From a virus (taxonomy: Duplodnaviria; Caudoviricetes), in the IMG/VR virus record IMGVR_UViG_3300011337_000476, positions 1-24,708 of that record: a DNA stretch of 24,708 bases, one strand, 5' to 3'. Within the stretch, counting starts at the first letter, position 1. Every line of letters begins with the position of its first letter. Position numbers and translations under genes: made by a program. A model generated the notes under the pieces. That model was not told the DNA's origin. It did not search any database and was given only the letters and a program-made list of their open reading frames with translations. Positions 16,094 to 24,707 of this stretch are shown here, in pieces.

Positions 16094-16321
16094 CTATTTT
16101 TGTGTAAAGACCTTTAGCTTATCCGGCTCACCATCTTTACAAACATCAAGCTCCTTAATTTCGCAATCTTCTATGGTGATCCGCATGCCCTCTGATTCAT
16201 TTGTTATTTTAATAAACGCACCGGCCAGCGGTTTTGTTGCCTCAATACGCCTTATGATCTGATTGAAAAAATCTAAGTTTAGTTTGCCCGCCGTAATTTC
16301 TTTAAGTCTAGGTTCAGACAT
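16094..16321 (-). CDS. Small tail-associated hypothetical protein
   Basis: 75 aa ORF tightly packed in the tail module. Confidence 0.6.
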   Translation of the reverse strand: MSEPRLKEITAGKLNLDFFNQIIRRIEATKPLAGAFIKITNESEGMRITIEDCEIKELDVCKDGEPDKLKVFTQK

Positions 16322-16322
16322 A

Positions 16323-17000
16323 TTAGCCTACGAATATAATTTCTTCGGCTTCCGCGTATTGTTCAACAACTACAGAAAAAATGCCTCTTTCCTGAACTTG
16401 CAGGGATTCCATTACCAGTCCAAAATAATTATTGACGGAATATGCTGAAGGCCCAAAAAAAGCGCTTACTTGTGTTGGATTGTTGCCAGTATTGAATGGA
16501 TCCCTTGGATTGCGCGGCAAGGCCGTGCCATTGATTTCAGTTGGAATGGGTACTTTGGGTTTGAAAGCAGAAAAACTAGCCCCACCTCCGCCTGGTAAGC
16601 GTCTAGAAAGAACGGCGACCGATTTGTCGCTAATATATTCCACGCTGATAACACATGGAGGGCCATAAATGCCCTTATCCATTTGCGGAATAATGCTGAC
16701 AAGAGCCCGCGGCAATCCGCTGGCGCTGGTTAGGCCAACGTAAGAAACTGTCATTTCTGTTAAATCGCCGTCCATTTCTTTAAATCCAACATTCTCTACA
16801 GCCATGCGTGCATACTTTGTGGCGCTTTCGCTATAATTTTTATGCAAGGTATCAAATGCAGGCTGCAACGTTGGCCTGTCTGCGGTTCTGATTGTATAGA
16901 TTTCATTGATAAATTCCAGGCCGTTGCGTTGGGTTGAAAACTCGTTTCTGCGCAACACCTTTTTACCCGCCCCAGGCGATCCTACGATGACTGCGCTCAT
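16323..17000 (-). CDS. Putative distal tail/hub protein
   Basis: Directly follows the tape measure gene (ATGA overlap); call is positional only. Confidence 0.55.
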   Translation of the reverse strand: MSAVIVGSPGAGKKVLRRNEFSTQRNGLEFINEIYTIRTADRPTLQPAFDTLHKNYSESATKYARMAVENVGFKEMDGDLTEMTVSYVGLTSASGLPRALVSIIPQMDKGIYGPPCVISVEYISDKSVAVLSRRLPGGGGASFSAFKPKVPIPTEINGTALPRNPRDPFNTGNNPTQVSAFFGPSAYSVNNYFGLVMESLQVQERGIFSVVVEQYAEAEEIIFVG

Positions 17001-18466
17001 GCCGTTACCATGGGTGTAGAGGTTAATTTTGAAAGAGCATCGTTGAGCACCTGATAAACGTCGGCCAGTGTTTTTGTGCCCTTTGATTCTTTTTGGGCCT
17101 CTTTCTGTATAAATTCACGGCGACGGCTTTCCATTGTTCGGGGGGCGCCTCCTGCTTCTGCGCTGGTTTGCTCCATCACCTTTGCGTCAAATTCTTTGCG
17201 GTTCACCTGCTGTTGTTCCTTAGCCGCTCTGTCTCTTTCTCGTTCAACTGCATGTGAAATTGATCTATTTCCCAGACCCCTAGCAAAGTCAAGAACTCCA
17301 CCAGATGAACCGCCTTGGATGGCCTCAAATTGCCTAGACCTTCCTCCCGGCATCATCAGCCCTGCTTGAGAGGCTTCCCTGTCAATCTCTTGTTGGTTTT
17401 TCTTATTTTCTTCAACAGCCGCTCTTGCATCCTCAAGCAAACGCTGACGATCGCTATCTCGTTTGCGATCATAAGACTTATCAGCAAATTCTTTTTCTAG
17501 GTTTTCAGATTCCAGTTTTCGCATAGCCTCTTGTAACCTATCTTTAATTGCGTCTTTTTCCTCTTTCTCTATTTCTTTTTGACTTTTTGTTTCCTGGCTT
17601 ATTCCGCTGCTAATTCCTGATGGCGACTTTTTTGCTTGTTCACTTTTCTGTTTATCTGCCATTTTTTCTGTGCCTAGCCCGCTTGCTCTTTTGTATATTT
17701 CCCCAGCAGCATCAAAATTACCCTTTGCTACTTCTGCGACAGCGGCACCAAGCATAACAGTAACTTCAAGAGCATCCTGCAATCCTTTGATAAATGGATT
17801 TAAAAGCGAAGCGACTGTTCCGAAGGCCATGGTCATATTCGTTTGAAAGATTTTAATTTGATCCGAAAGCTCTGAGAGGCTGGAAACTGTTTCATTCGAC
17901 ATAACGCCCATCGATTGCCCCAAAGTTTGGATTGCGTCGGGGCCCATTCTTATTGTTTCCATTAAAGAGCCAACACTTTTACCGGCTAATGCACTAGCTA
18001 CCGCAAGTTGTTCGTTCGCTGGAATAGCACCCGAACTAATAGCTTGTGACAGTTTATAAAACAAATCTTGTGGGCTTAAGGTTTGTAAATCCTGAAAACT
18101 CACATTGATTCGAGCAAATGTTTCCTCTAGTTTTGTATTTCCGCCAATTGCTTCTCCAGCATTTCTGGCCAGCTTATTCATAGCACTTGCAACATCTTCA
18201 ACACTTCCTCCACTTAAACTTGCGGCATTTCCTATTTCTTGAAGAGATTCGGCTGTTATCCCAAATCGGTTTGCTAAGTCTTGGAATTGATCGCCTTTCT
18301 CAATTGCAGAACTAAACCCAGAAATTATTTTATCGAACGCAAAGGCCCCAGCCAGAATTGAGCCGGTTTGTTTGGCGAATCGATCTAGGCTGGCGGTTGC
18401 TGACTGCAGCCCGCGATCCAGCCCGGAAGCATCCAAGGCTAGTTTAGCTGTGGCGGTTGCGTCCAT
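16997..18466 (-). CDS. Tail tape measure protein
   Basis: N-terminal KLALDASGLDRGL; Ala/Gly/Ser-rich helical core (DLANRFGITAESLQ) and charged coiled-coil C-terminus; lies downstream of the frameshift chaperone. Confidence 0.85.
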   Translation of the reverse strand: MDATATAKLALDASGLDRGLQSATASLDRFAKQTGSILAGAFAFDKIISGFSSAIEKGDQFQDLANRFGITAESLQEIGNAASLSGGSVEDVASAMNKLARNAGEAIGGNTKLEETFARINVSFQDLQTLSPQDLFYKLSQAISSGAIPANEQLAVASALAGKSVGSLMETIRMGPDAIQTLGQSMGVMSNETVSSLSELSDQIKIFQTNMTMAFGTVASLLNPFIKGLQDALEVTVMLGAAVAEVAKGNFDAAGEIYKRASGLGTEKMADKQKSEQAKKSPSGISSGISQETKSQKEIEKEEKDAIKDRLQEAMRKLESENLEKEFADKSYDRKRDSDRQRLLEDARAAVEENKKNQQEIDREASQAGLMMPGGRSRQFEAIQGGSSGGVLDFARGLGNRSISHAVERERDRAAKEQQQVNRKEFDAKVMEQTSAEAGGAPRTMESRRREFIQKEAQKESKGTKTLADVYQVLNDALSKLTSTPMVTA

Positions 18467-19314
18467 TATAGCCCGGCCTTTTTGCTCTCTGCCGCAGTAA
18501 TATATCCCAATCGCTTGATCATCTTTGTAATCTGTATGTCAATGGATTTCTGGATAGTGGCGGTGCTGATCACCGCATTGATCCAAGGGATTGTATTGGT
18601 CATTTGAATAAAGGGTTTCGATACGATGCCTAACCCTTTACCGCTCTGATCGTTTACTCGGCCGCCGCCGGTATGCCGGTAGACCCACTTAGGAATTCCC
18701 TTAAATCCGCCCAGCAAGCCAGCACAAACCGCCCAGCCTGATTTAGCAATACCCACATTGCCGCGCTTCTCTTTAAAATACTTAGTTAACTGACTGTCCT
18801 TGGTCACTACTTGGCTTACAAATTGATTCTTTGGCACGCTTTTCCTGCGCCCAAATCTAGCTTTATTGTGAGCCTGCCCTTGATCAAATACGCCTATCCT
18901 TGTATTCACGTATGGCTTGTAGTTTATCCGATCTAGTAAATCCTGAGCTGCGCTAACTATCTTAGCGCCACGCTTTCCTGTTGTTCTGCCTTGTAACAGT
19001 CCGGCCAGCGCTGCCGCTGCCTGCTTAGCGTTCTGCGTAGCGGTTTTGCCTCGTGGTAGCGGTAGTGAGGCAATGTCCTTTACTGCTGTTGGGCCAGATT
19101 TGTAAACGCGATCGATGTCTCTGGTGACAGCTTTTTCGCCGGTTGCTTTAGCGATGGCACTTTTACCAAACGGTTGCGTGGAATTAGCTAGGCTAACGCA
19201 AAGCATGCGTGCCTGTATACGCATCTCCTTGGAGGCCTCGGCCTTGGTATTACCGATAAAGGCTTTTAAGGCTTTTTGTAGTTTACTGGCGTCGACGGTT
19301 AGGCTTGCACTCAT
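18466..19314 (-). CDS. Basic virion morphogenesis protein (HK97 gp10/tail-completion-like)
   Basis: LTVDASKLQKAL N-terminus, VGIAKSGW and MTNTIPWI motifs; Lys/Arg-rich. Confidence 0.5.
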   Translation of the reverse strand: MSASLTVDASKLQKALKAFIGNTKAEASKEMRIQARMLCVSLANSTQPFGKSAIAKATGEKAVTRDIDRVYKSGPTAVKDIASLPLPRGKTATQNAKQAAAALAGLLQGRTTGKRGAKIVSAAQDLLDRINYKPYVNTRIGVFDQGQAHNKARFGRRKSVPKNQFVSQVVTKDSQLTKYFKEKRGNVGIAKSGWAVCAGLLGGFKGIPKWVYRHTGGGRVNDQSGKGLGIVSKPFIQMTNTIPWINAVISTATIQKSIDIQITKMIKRLGYITAAESKKAGL

Positions 19315-19897
19315 AATCCTAAAAGCCTTTCCATGTCAGCAATATCCTTGCCCTCAATATGGGCGGCTCGCCTGAGCTTTACGCCATCCATAAACATATA
19401 CACGTGGTCGGCCTGATTGACCGCGGCCAGTGGTAGCTCCCATAAAATATAATCCATCGACCAGCCAGTATGTTTTGCCAGGACGAACACGCACGCGGCG
19501 GCTCCCCCTGGCGCTAGGCGTTTCCCGGCGGTGCGGCTATGGCTGAAGCGATAACGTTTACCCGCGCCTTGTTCGCCTCTGACAAGATAGCGGAACACAT
19601 AAGCGAGGCAGTGTTGCGATCGTCCTCGCTCATTTCCCCGATCCAATCCATCAGCTTTTCTCTAAATGCGTCTTTATCCCAAGCTAGGCGGATCGTCTTT
19701 TTGCGATCTTCGGCAAGTAGGATGTGCAGGTATATAAATGACCAGACAAAGTAGATGGCGGAGTCGCTGTCATCCCGAACCTGCAGCATCAGCAATCGAC
19801 TCCCTTCGGTATAGGGTGCAAGTTTTTGATCTTTAAAGTATCGGTCGGGAGAAATCAGCGAGTTATCCAACTCTTGCAGTAGGGTTTCTTCACTCAT
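19311..19897 (-). CDS. Tail assembly chaperone GT, product of a -1 programmed frameshift (about 195 aa)
   Basis: G GGA AAC heptamer at 19520-19526 near the end of G; the -1 frame continues KRLAPGGAAACVFVLAKHTGWSMDYILWELPL to 19311. Confidence 0.82.
19514..19897 (-). CDS. Tail assembly chaperone G
   Basis: 127 aa ORF between tail tube and tape measure, ending PPGNA at the slippery site. Confidence 0.8.
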   Translation of the reverse strand: MSEETLLQELDNSLISPDRYFKDQKLAPYTEGSRLLMLQVRDDSDSAIYFVWSFIYLHILLAEDRKKTIRLAWDKDAFREKLMDWIGEMSEDDRNTASLMCSAILSEANKARVNVIASAIAAPPGNA

Positions 19898-20268
19898 AGT
19901 TTTTTTAGCATAGCCCTTTTAAGTTCTGGGCTGGCCCTTTCTGAGATAAGTAGCGTTTGACTGCCACGCTTGATCGATAGAATAGGCTCTGCACGCTTCA
20001 TCAGGCCCAGAAGTGTCTCCCTGTTCTCAAGAGCCGCACGTACATATCGAATAGCAGATTCTGGATCTGACTTCATATCAACCCAGTTGCGTTCCATCTC
20101 AGCCTTTGCGTCCTGGTCATCGCCAGTACTAAACCAAAACGTAAATTTTCTGTGCCCTCCCTCTTCGACGATACAAGTAACAGGATCGGATTGGCGTAGC
20201 TTGGCCCCAAAGGCAGAAGCGGCCGCCGCTACTTTTATGTTTGTTGTACCCCAGAAGCTATCAACCAT
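19894..20268 (-). CDS. Hypothetical protein between tail tube and chaperone
   Basis: 124 aa ORF with ATGA coupling to the chaperone gene. Confidence 0.65.
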   Translation of the reverse strand: MVDSFWGTTNIKVAAAASAFGAKLRQSDPVTCIVEEGGHRKFTFWFSTGDDQDAKAEMERNWVDMKSDPESAIRYVRAALENRETLLGLMKRAEPILSIKRGSQTLLISERASPELKRAMLKKL

Positions 20269-20298
20269 ATTAGGATCTCATTAACCGCCCTTGCGGGC

Positions 20299-20646
20299 TT
20301 AGGTCATGTTGGGGAAGCGAGTCGCAGAAACGTCTACAGTAACAAAGCCTTCGCTTGTCCTGTTGACTGTGACGTTATCGACCACGATCTTGCCGCCCGT
20401 GCTGGTCGCGTTGGCTAGGGTCGTGAGCACCGCGCCTGCTGTGGTGGCATAGGCGCCAGTGATAGTGGTAGAAAAGGCAAAGGTATCGGTAGGATTATAG
20501 AGTCCAACTCCGACCACCTCGCCGCTTTGATTTCTAACTTCCGCACGCTCTACGTTGCGGGTTTCCGTGAAAGATTGTACGAGGCCACCCGATTCAGCAG
20601 TGATACCGAAAAGTAGGCCAGTTGTTCCGATTGTTGTGGCTGCCAT
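20299..20646 (-). CDS. Major tail tube protein (minimal size)
   Basis: Thr-rich beta-type 115 aa protein; follows the terminator-like gene and is followed by a GCCC-GCAA-GGGC hairpin. Confidence 0.65.
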   Translation of the reverse strand: MAATTIGTTGLLFGITAESGGLVQSFTETRNVERAEVRNQSGEVVGVGLYNPTDTFAFSTTITGAYATTAGAVLTTLANATSTGGKIVVDNVTVNRTSEGFVTVDVSATRFPNMT

Positions 20647-20664
20647 ATTGCCTTAAATTTTGTG

Positions 20665-21111
20665 TCAACTTGCGATGGAATTAGGCATGGCAATCACTGC
20701 CAGCCGGTAGGTGCGACGCATGGTGCGCTCCTCATCGTCGGCTTCAGGCTCTACGGAATCGACCTTGGCGTTATAGCATCGGGCAGATCCGATGGCCGTG
20801 GTGGCGTTAAGGCGAGTAGCCAGCGAGCTAGAGTCATAGAAAGCCTGCAGCACCTTGCTGCACTTTTGGGTATGGGCATCGACGGTGGTATCATCATAAG
20901 AATCTTCCACAATAATATCTACCGGGACGCTGAATACCCCAGATCCTTGCACCGGCTCCTCCGTGCCCAGGGTGGCTTTAATGGTGATTGATGGCGGTAA
21001 GTTCTCGGTTTTGTCGTGAGATAGGTGGTAGTTAACTCCGGTGACTGTGGTGGCCAGCAGCTCTTGTAGGGCTGCTTCGACAAGGCGATCGAGCATAGTG
21101 ACGGCTGGCAT
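20665..21111 (-). CDS. Tail terminator/completion protein
   Basis: 148 aa acidic protein upstream of the tube gene; LPPSITI...VDIIV...RRTYRLAV alpha/beta pattern. Confidence 0.6.
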   Translation of the reverse strand: MPAVTMLDRLVEAALQELLATTVTGVNYHLSHDKTENLPPSITIKATLGTEEPVQGSGVFSVPVDIIVEDSYDDTTVDAHTQKCSKVLQAFYDSSSLATRLNATTAIGSARCYNAKVDSVEPEADDEERTMRRTYRLAVIAMPNSIAS

Positions 21112-21126
21112 ATATTCGCTACCTTG

Positions 21127-21741
21127 TCACCAGATAGGGCGGATGGATGGATGGAATGTGACCATGGTTTTGCAACCTGCGCCACCGTGCGGAAACGTTG
21201 GGGTGTAGTGATATCGGTTTACGCAATCGGGCCAAGTCATTGTGGCCTTTCCTCTGGCGGCCTTTGGCGTATCTACGGATCGATCATTATCCTCAATAAT
21301 AAATGTGCAGGGTAGATCTGCCCCAGCTACGTAGTTAACAGCCTCATAAAAGTGGCCCTCGTCCTCAGCTCCATCGCCCAAAAAGCACCACACCTTTGCT
21401 GTGCTTCCCTGCTCTTTTAATGCGTGCGCCACCCCAGCCGCGATCCCGCACGTCCCGGCCAGAACGCTGGAAGTATAAAAATTCAATTTACGGTCAAAGA
21501 CAAACATAGATCTGCCCTCTCTAATCATTTTCTCAAGCTGGTCGGGATCTCCGCCAGCCAACAGATAGTGGTAGTGGGATCTGTGGCTTGAGAAGATCCA
21601 ATCGCCCGGCTGAATGTCTTTGAATATCTCGATGAGCTGATCTTCATTCCCCCCGCATAGGTGAATCAAATAAGGCAGTTTGCCCTGCTCAAATAGCGCC
21701 TTAATGCGCAGTTCAAAATCAATCAGATCCTGTTTGTTCAT
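21127..21741 (-). CDS. TPP-dependent dehydrogenase E1 alpha-like subunit (short, 204 aa)
   Basis: IHLCGGNE, DWIFSSHRSH and TPP motif GDGAEDEG...FIIEDN. Confidence 0.88.
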   Translation of the reverse strand: MNKQDLIDFELRIKALFEQGKLPYLIHLCGGNEDQLIEIFKDIQPGDWIFSSHRSHYHYLLAGGDPDQLEKMIREGRSMFVFDRKLNFYTSSVLAGTCGIAAGVAHALKEQGSTAKVWCFLGDGAEDEGHFYEAVNYVAGADLPCTFIIEDNDRSVDTPKAARGKATMTWPDCVNRYHYTPTFPHGGAGCKTMVTFHPSIRPIW

Positions 21742-22832
21742 ACAAAGGCGTCGTGGCTGTCGGTGGCCAGCTTTTCAAATAGCGCAACTTTTGCATGGTT
21801 GGCGCACTCATGCTGGCAGCTGACGCCTGGGTTAAAGTTCTTATGCCATGCCCTCGCCTCTTTTCCGAACCATGCCTGGCTAAATGATTGATACTTCATA
21901 GAAGCGATCCGGCCGTGATCGCTGTAGGCCGTGTTGTGGCAGGCGTAGATATTGAGATCCGCACCTACCACGCAAACGGCCTGAGCGTACAGGCAACGGT
22001 GAAACGGGCGTAGTGGAGATTTGCTGGGACTATCCAGATCATAGGTCGTATTGATAGTGAAGTCTGAATCGCAAAAGGATTGGCAATCAGCCAGTTGCTC
22101 TCTGACTCTGGTTGCAATCGTGTTGTGATATTCCTTAAAGTTCTGCACGTACACGGGCGAGAAGCGTACATTACTTACGCCAGAATCCTTGAGCCGCTTA
22201 GCAAACGGAACCAGCCCCTCATAATTATATCGGGTAATAATAAAGTTAATCCCAAGATCACAGCTTTCCGTTTTGGTGTTTGAAAAGTTTTTAATGTTTT
22301 GCATCACCGAATCAAAGGATCTGTCGGGCACGTTACGGCTCGACGCCATCTGCTCTGCGCTTGTGTAATCCATCGAAATCCTAACCCATTTTGCGTTGCC
22401 CAATACTTCCGCCCTTTCCCCTGCAAGCAGTTGGCCGTTGGTAATAATCGACAAATCCAGACCAGACGAAACTGTCTTAGTCATAATCTCGACAATATCT
22501 TTATGCAGTAAAGGCTCTCCGCCCCCGCTAAACGTGACGGCTTTAGTTCCGATAGTTGCCAGATCTTCGATTAGTTCCAGCGCCTTATCTCGTGGCATCA
22601 CGTCCCGCTCATTCATGCTTGTGTGCATTCCTGCTTGCAAATGCAGATCGGGCCGATCCTTTGGCCTTGTTGTGCCGTCAGAATAGACGCAGAAACGGCA
22701 GGCGTGATTGCAGATATTTGTCGGCTTGATGCGGACGTAGATGGGCGCGGTGACAATATCGTCCCGAAAACTGGCAATCTTTTCTGGAAACGAAAAGATT
22801 TTTAAGTCGCTGTACTTGTTTTGCTTCACCAC
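21738..22832 (-). CDS. Radical SAM enzyme with C-terminal SPASM/twitch domain
   Basis: CNHACRFC, SGGGEP and ITNG motifs; C-terminal CLY...VGADLNIYAC...CQHEC. Confidence 0.9.
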   Translation of the reverse strand: MVKQNKYSDLKIFSFPEKIASFRDDIVTAPIYVRIKPTNICNHACRFCVYSDGTTRPKDRPDLHLQAGMHTSMNERDVMPRDKALELIEDLATIGTKAVTFSGGGEPLLHKDIVEIMTKTVSSGLDLSIITNGQLLAGERAEVLGNAKWVRISMDYTSAEQMASSRNVPDRSFDSVMQNIKNFSNTKTESCDLGINFIITRYNYEGLVPFAKRLKDSGVSNVRFSPVYVQNFKEYHNTIATRVREQLADCQSFCDSDFTINTTYDLDSPSKSPLRPFHRCLYAQAVCVVGADLNIYACHNTAYSDHGRIASMKYQSFSQAWFGKEARAWHKNFNPGVSCQHECANHAKVALFEKLATDSHDAFV

Positions 22833-23344
22833 TGATCCTTCCGCTCGATCAGCATGGTAGAAGTTCCAACGCTTAATCTTTCAAGTGCGCTTTGATATTC
22901 GCTAACTACGCTTCCATTTTTTAGTTCGATGATTGGAAAGTCGATCATTTGTCTAAGTGCTTTGGTAAAGTCCTGCGTGTGAGTCGGCCCTGTGTAGAGC
23001 GGCTTGCTTTTGTTCCCGATGACTACCCGCAAGATGGCGGCCGGCTTAAATTGATTGCAGCTAATATGCTGGGCTGCGCCTAGGTGATTCACAATGGCGT
23101 CCAGTGCGTTCAGAATGAAATCCATCCGCTCAATAAAAACGACGGGCTTGAGTCCTGCCAGGCTTAGCCCAGTAGCTAATCCCACCATCAGATTTTCAGC
23201 GACAGGCGTTTCGATCAGTTGTGAATCTGCAACATTATTAAGGGTGCCTGCCGCCCGGCCGCCTATCTTTACCCCGTAACCTATGAACCTAACGGCCGGA
23301 TCGGCCGCCAGTAAATCCATCGCCTGAGTAAGCTCCTTCTTCAC
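22826..23344 (-). CDS. TPP-dependent E1 beta/transketolase pyrimidine-binding domain protein, lacking the C-terminal domain
   Basis: LIETPVAENLMVGLATGLSLAGLKPVV, DF...ALDAIVN and GPTHTQ motifs. Confidence 0.88.
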   Translation of the reverse strand: MKKELTQAMDLLAADPAVRFIGYGVKIGGRAAGTLNNVADSQLIETPVAENLMVGLATGLSLAGLKPVVFIERMDFILNALDAIVNHLGAAQHISCNQFKPAAILRVVIGNKSKPLYTGPTHTQDFTKALRQMIDFPIIELKNGSVVSEYQSALERLSVGTSTMLIERKDQW

Positions 23345-24105
23345 AGCAAGCCTTCCTCTTCTAAAATATGAACGGCGTGGAATGCGCTCCTAGCCATCTG
23401 CCCGCGTTTGGTGAATATGACTGTTTCGGTATCCGCACAGAACAGGTGAAAAGCGTCTTTATTGTGCACGTTAAGGCATGGCCAGCTCGGCCCGGTGGAA
23501 GTTCCGATGACGGCTTTTGCCTTGGCTGCAGTGGCTCCGATCCAAGTCACATTCTTGCCATCAAACGCTGGGCATAATCCAGTGGCGACTGTGCTAATCA
23601 CCCGATGTCCCTTGCTAACTAGTTTAGATACTAGGACGCGAAAATCGTCGGGATTGAAGTTTGTAAATTGACCAGACAGCCCGGGCGAATTAATCACCAC
23701 AATGTCGAAGTCTGGCGCCATTGGCATGAACGAATCCAAGGCTGGATAATCAAACAGGAGATCGTCGAGTTTCTGGATCGGATTCTTAACGCACATCTTG
23801 CTGGCCAGTTCCTCAAACCAGTCTAAGTGAAATTTTGCAAAGTTTAGTTTATCGGGGTGACGCTCCCAATATCCGCCGGTGTTTCGCCACGAATCAATGC
23901 TATCGGCTGGCGCCTCGCTGATGGGACGAATGCGTAGCCGTAAAGACATGTCGCTACGTAGGGCATCGATTTCCTCAAACTTGCATAGCTCTGAATTATG
24001 GTAGTGCGTGATCTCAAGATCTGGATTTTGTAGGCATAGCCTACGTAGAAAGTTTAACTGCACTAGGTTGTCGCCCAAACGCAGTGCGTTGTGGGTGTGA
24101 ATCAC
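23341..24105 (-). CDS. GT-B fold glycosyltransferase, GT9 (heptosyltransferase)-like
   Basis: N-terminal LRLGDNLV and C-terminal AKAVIGTSTGPSW, similar to the GT9 lGD and DSGp.H motifs. Confidence 0.6.
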   Translation of the reverse strand: MIHTHNALRLGDNLVQLNFLRRLCLQNPDLEITHYHNSELCKFEEIDALRSDMSLRLRIRPISEAPADSIDSWRNTGGYWERHPDKLNFAKFHLDWFEELASKMCVKNPIQKLDDLLFDYPALDSFMPMAPDFDIVVINSPGLSGQFTNFNPDDFRVLVSKLVSKGHRVISTVATGLCPAFDGKNVTWIGATAAKAKAVIGTSTGPSWPCLNVHNKDAFHLFCADTETVIFTKRGQMARSAFHAVHILEEEGLL

Positions 24106-24707
24106 GGATTACGCTCTTTAAATATCTTCTCGCCCAAGTCGTAGTTTTCCTTGGCGTTGTGCCGTTTAAATTCCGCGTCCTGAGTTGCCCCAGTAAACAG
24201 CGGATTATTGTGGGTAAAGACGATATCTTTTGCGGGTATGATTACGCCCGCTTCGGCGGCCCGTTTGCTAAATTCGTTATCGCTAAATATGCCAGAGCAG
24301 GCGTCGTACTCAGGCGCAAATAATGTGCCCTGCTGTGCCAGCCTAGCTTTCGTCAGGATCGCCATGCAAAGCAGATCGTCTTTACGATGGCCGTCAGAGA
24401 TTGCGAGCACTGCAGGCTTGCTGGTATCGCCCAGGCGTTCGGTGATGATTGCATCCCAGTGCAGAGGAGGATCCCAATCGTCAGATCCTTGTATGATGAT
24501 ATCACCCCAGGCTACGGCCGCGGCTCGATTCCAAGCAGCAACGCAACCGCCGTCGCCCTTAACTAAGTTCCAATTTTTCAGCGGCTCAGAGCTGGGGTCA
24601 TTATTGTCGCATGAAAAGATCCACTCGACTGAGGCAGGATCAGCTGCCTTTTTCATCCATAGAATGCGGGCGTTGATCGCTTCCTGGGGTCGACCGCGAG
24701 TGGCGTG
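24102..24707 (-). CDS. GT2-family glycosyltransferase, 5' end beyond the window
   Basis: Frame is open to the window edge (HATRGRPQEA...); GCVAAWNRAA, IIIQGSDDW and FSDNEF motifs. Confidence 0.8.
   Translation of the reverse strand, partial: HATRGRPQEAINARILWMKKAADPASVEWIFSCDNNDPSSEPLKNWNLVKGDGGCVAAWNRAAAVAWGDIIIQGSDDWDPPLHWDAIITERLGDTSKPAVLAISDGHRKDDLLCMAILTKARLAQQGTLFAPEYDACSGIFSDNEFSKRAAEAGVIIPAKDIVFTHNNPLFTGATQDAEFKRHNAKENYDLGEKIFKERNP

Noticed and set aside
19527-19646. Independent start for ORF 19311-19646
   Set aside because: This part overlaps chaperone G out of frame and is better explained by the -1 frameshift
21127-23344. Auxiliary metabolic pyruvate dehydrogenase complex
   Set aside because: The subunits are trimmed, no E2/E3 genes are in the window, and the context is glycosyltransferases
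155-24323. All plus-strand ORFs in the track (e.g. 155-577, 1722-2222, 8981-9550, 10380-10961)
   Set aside because: They are antisense shadows of well-supported, tightly packed minus-strand genes and show no recognisable motifs
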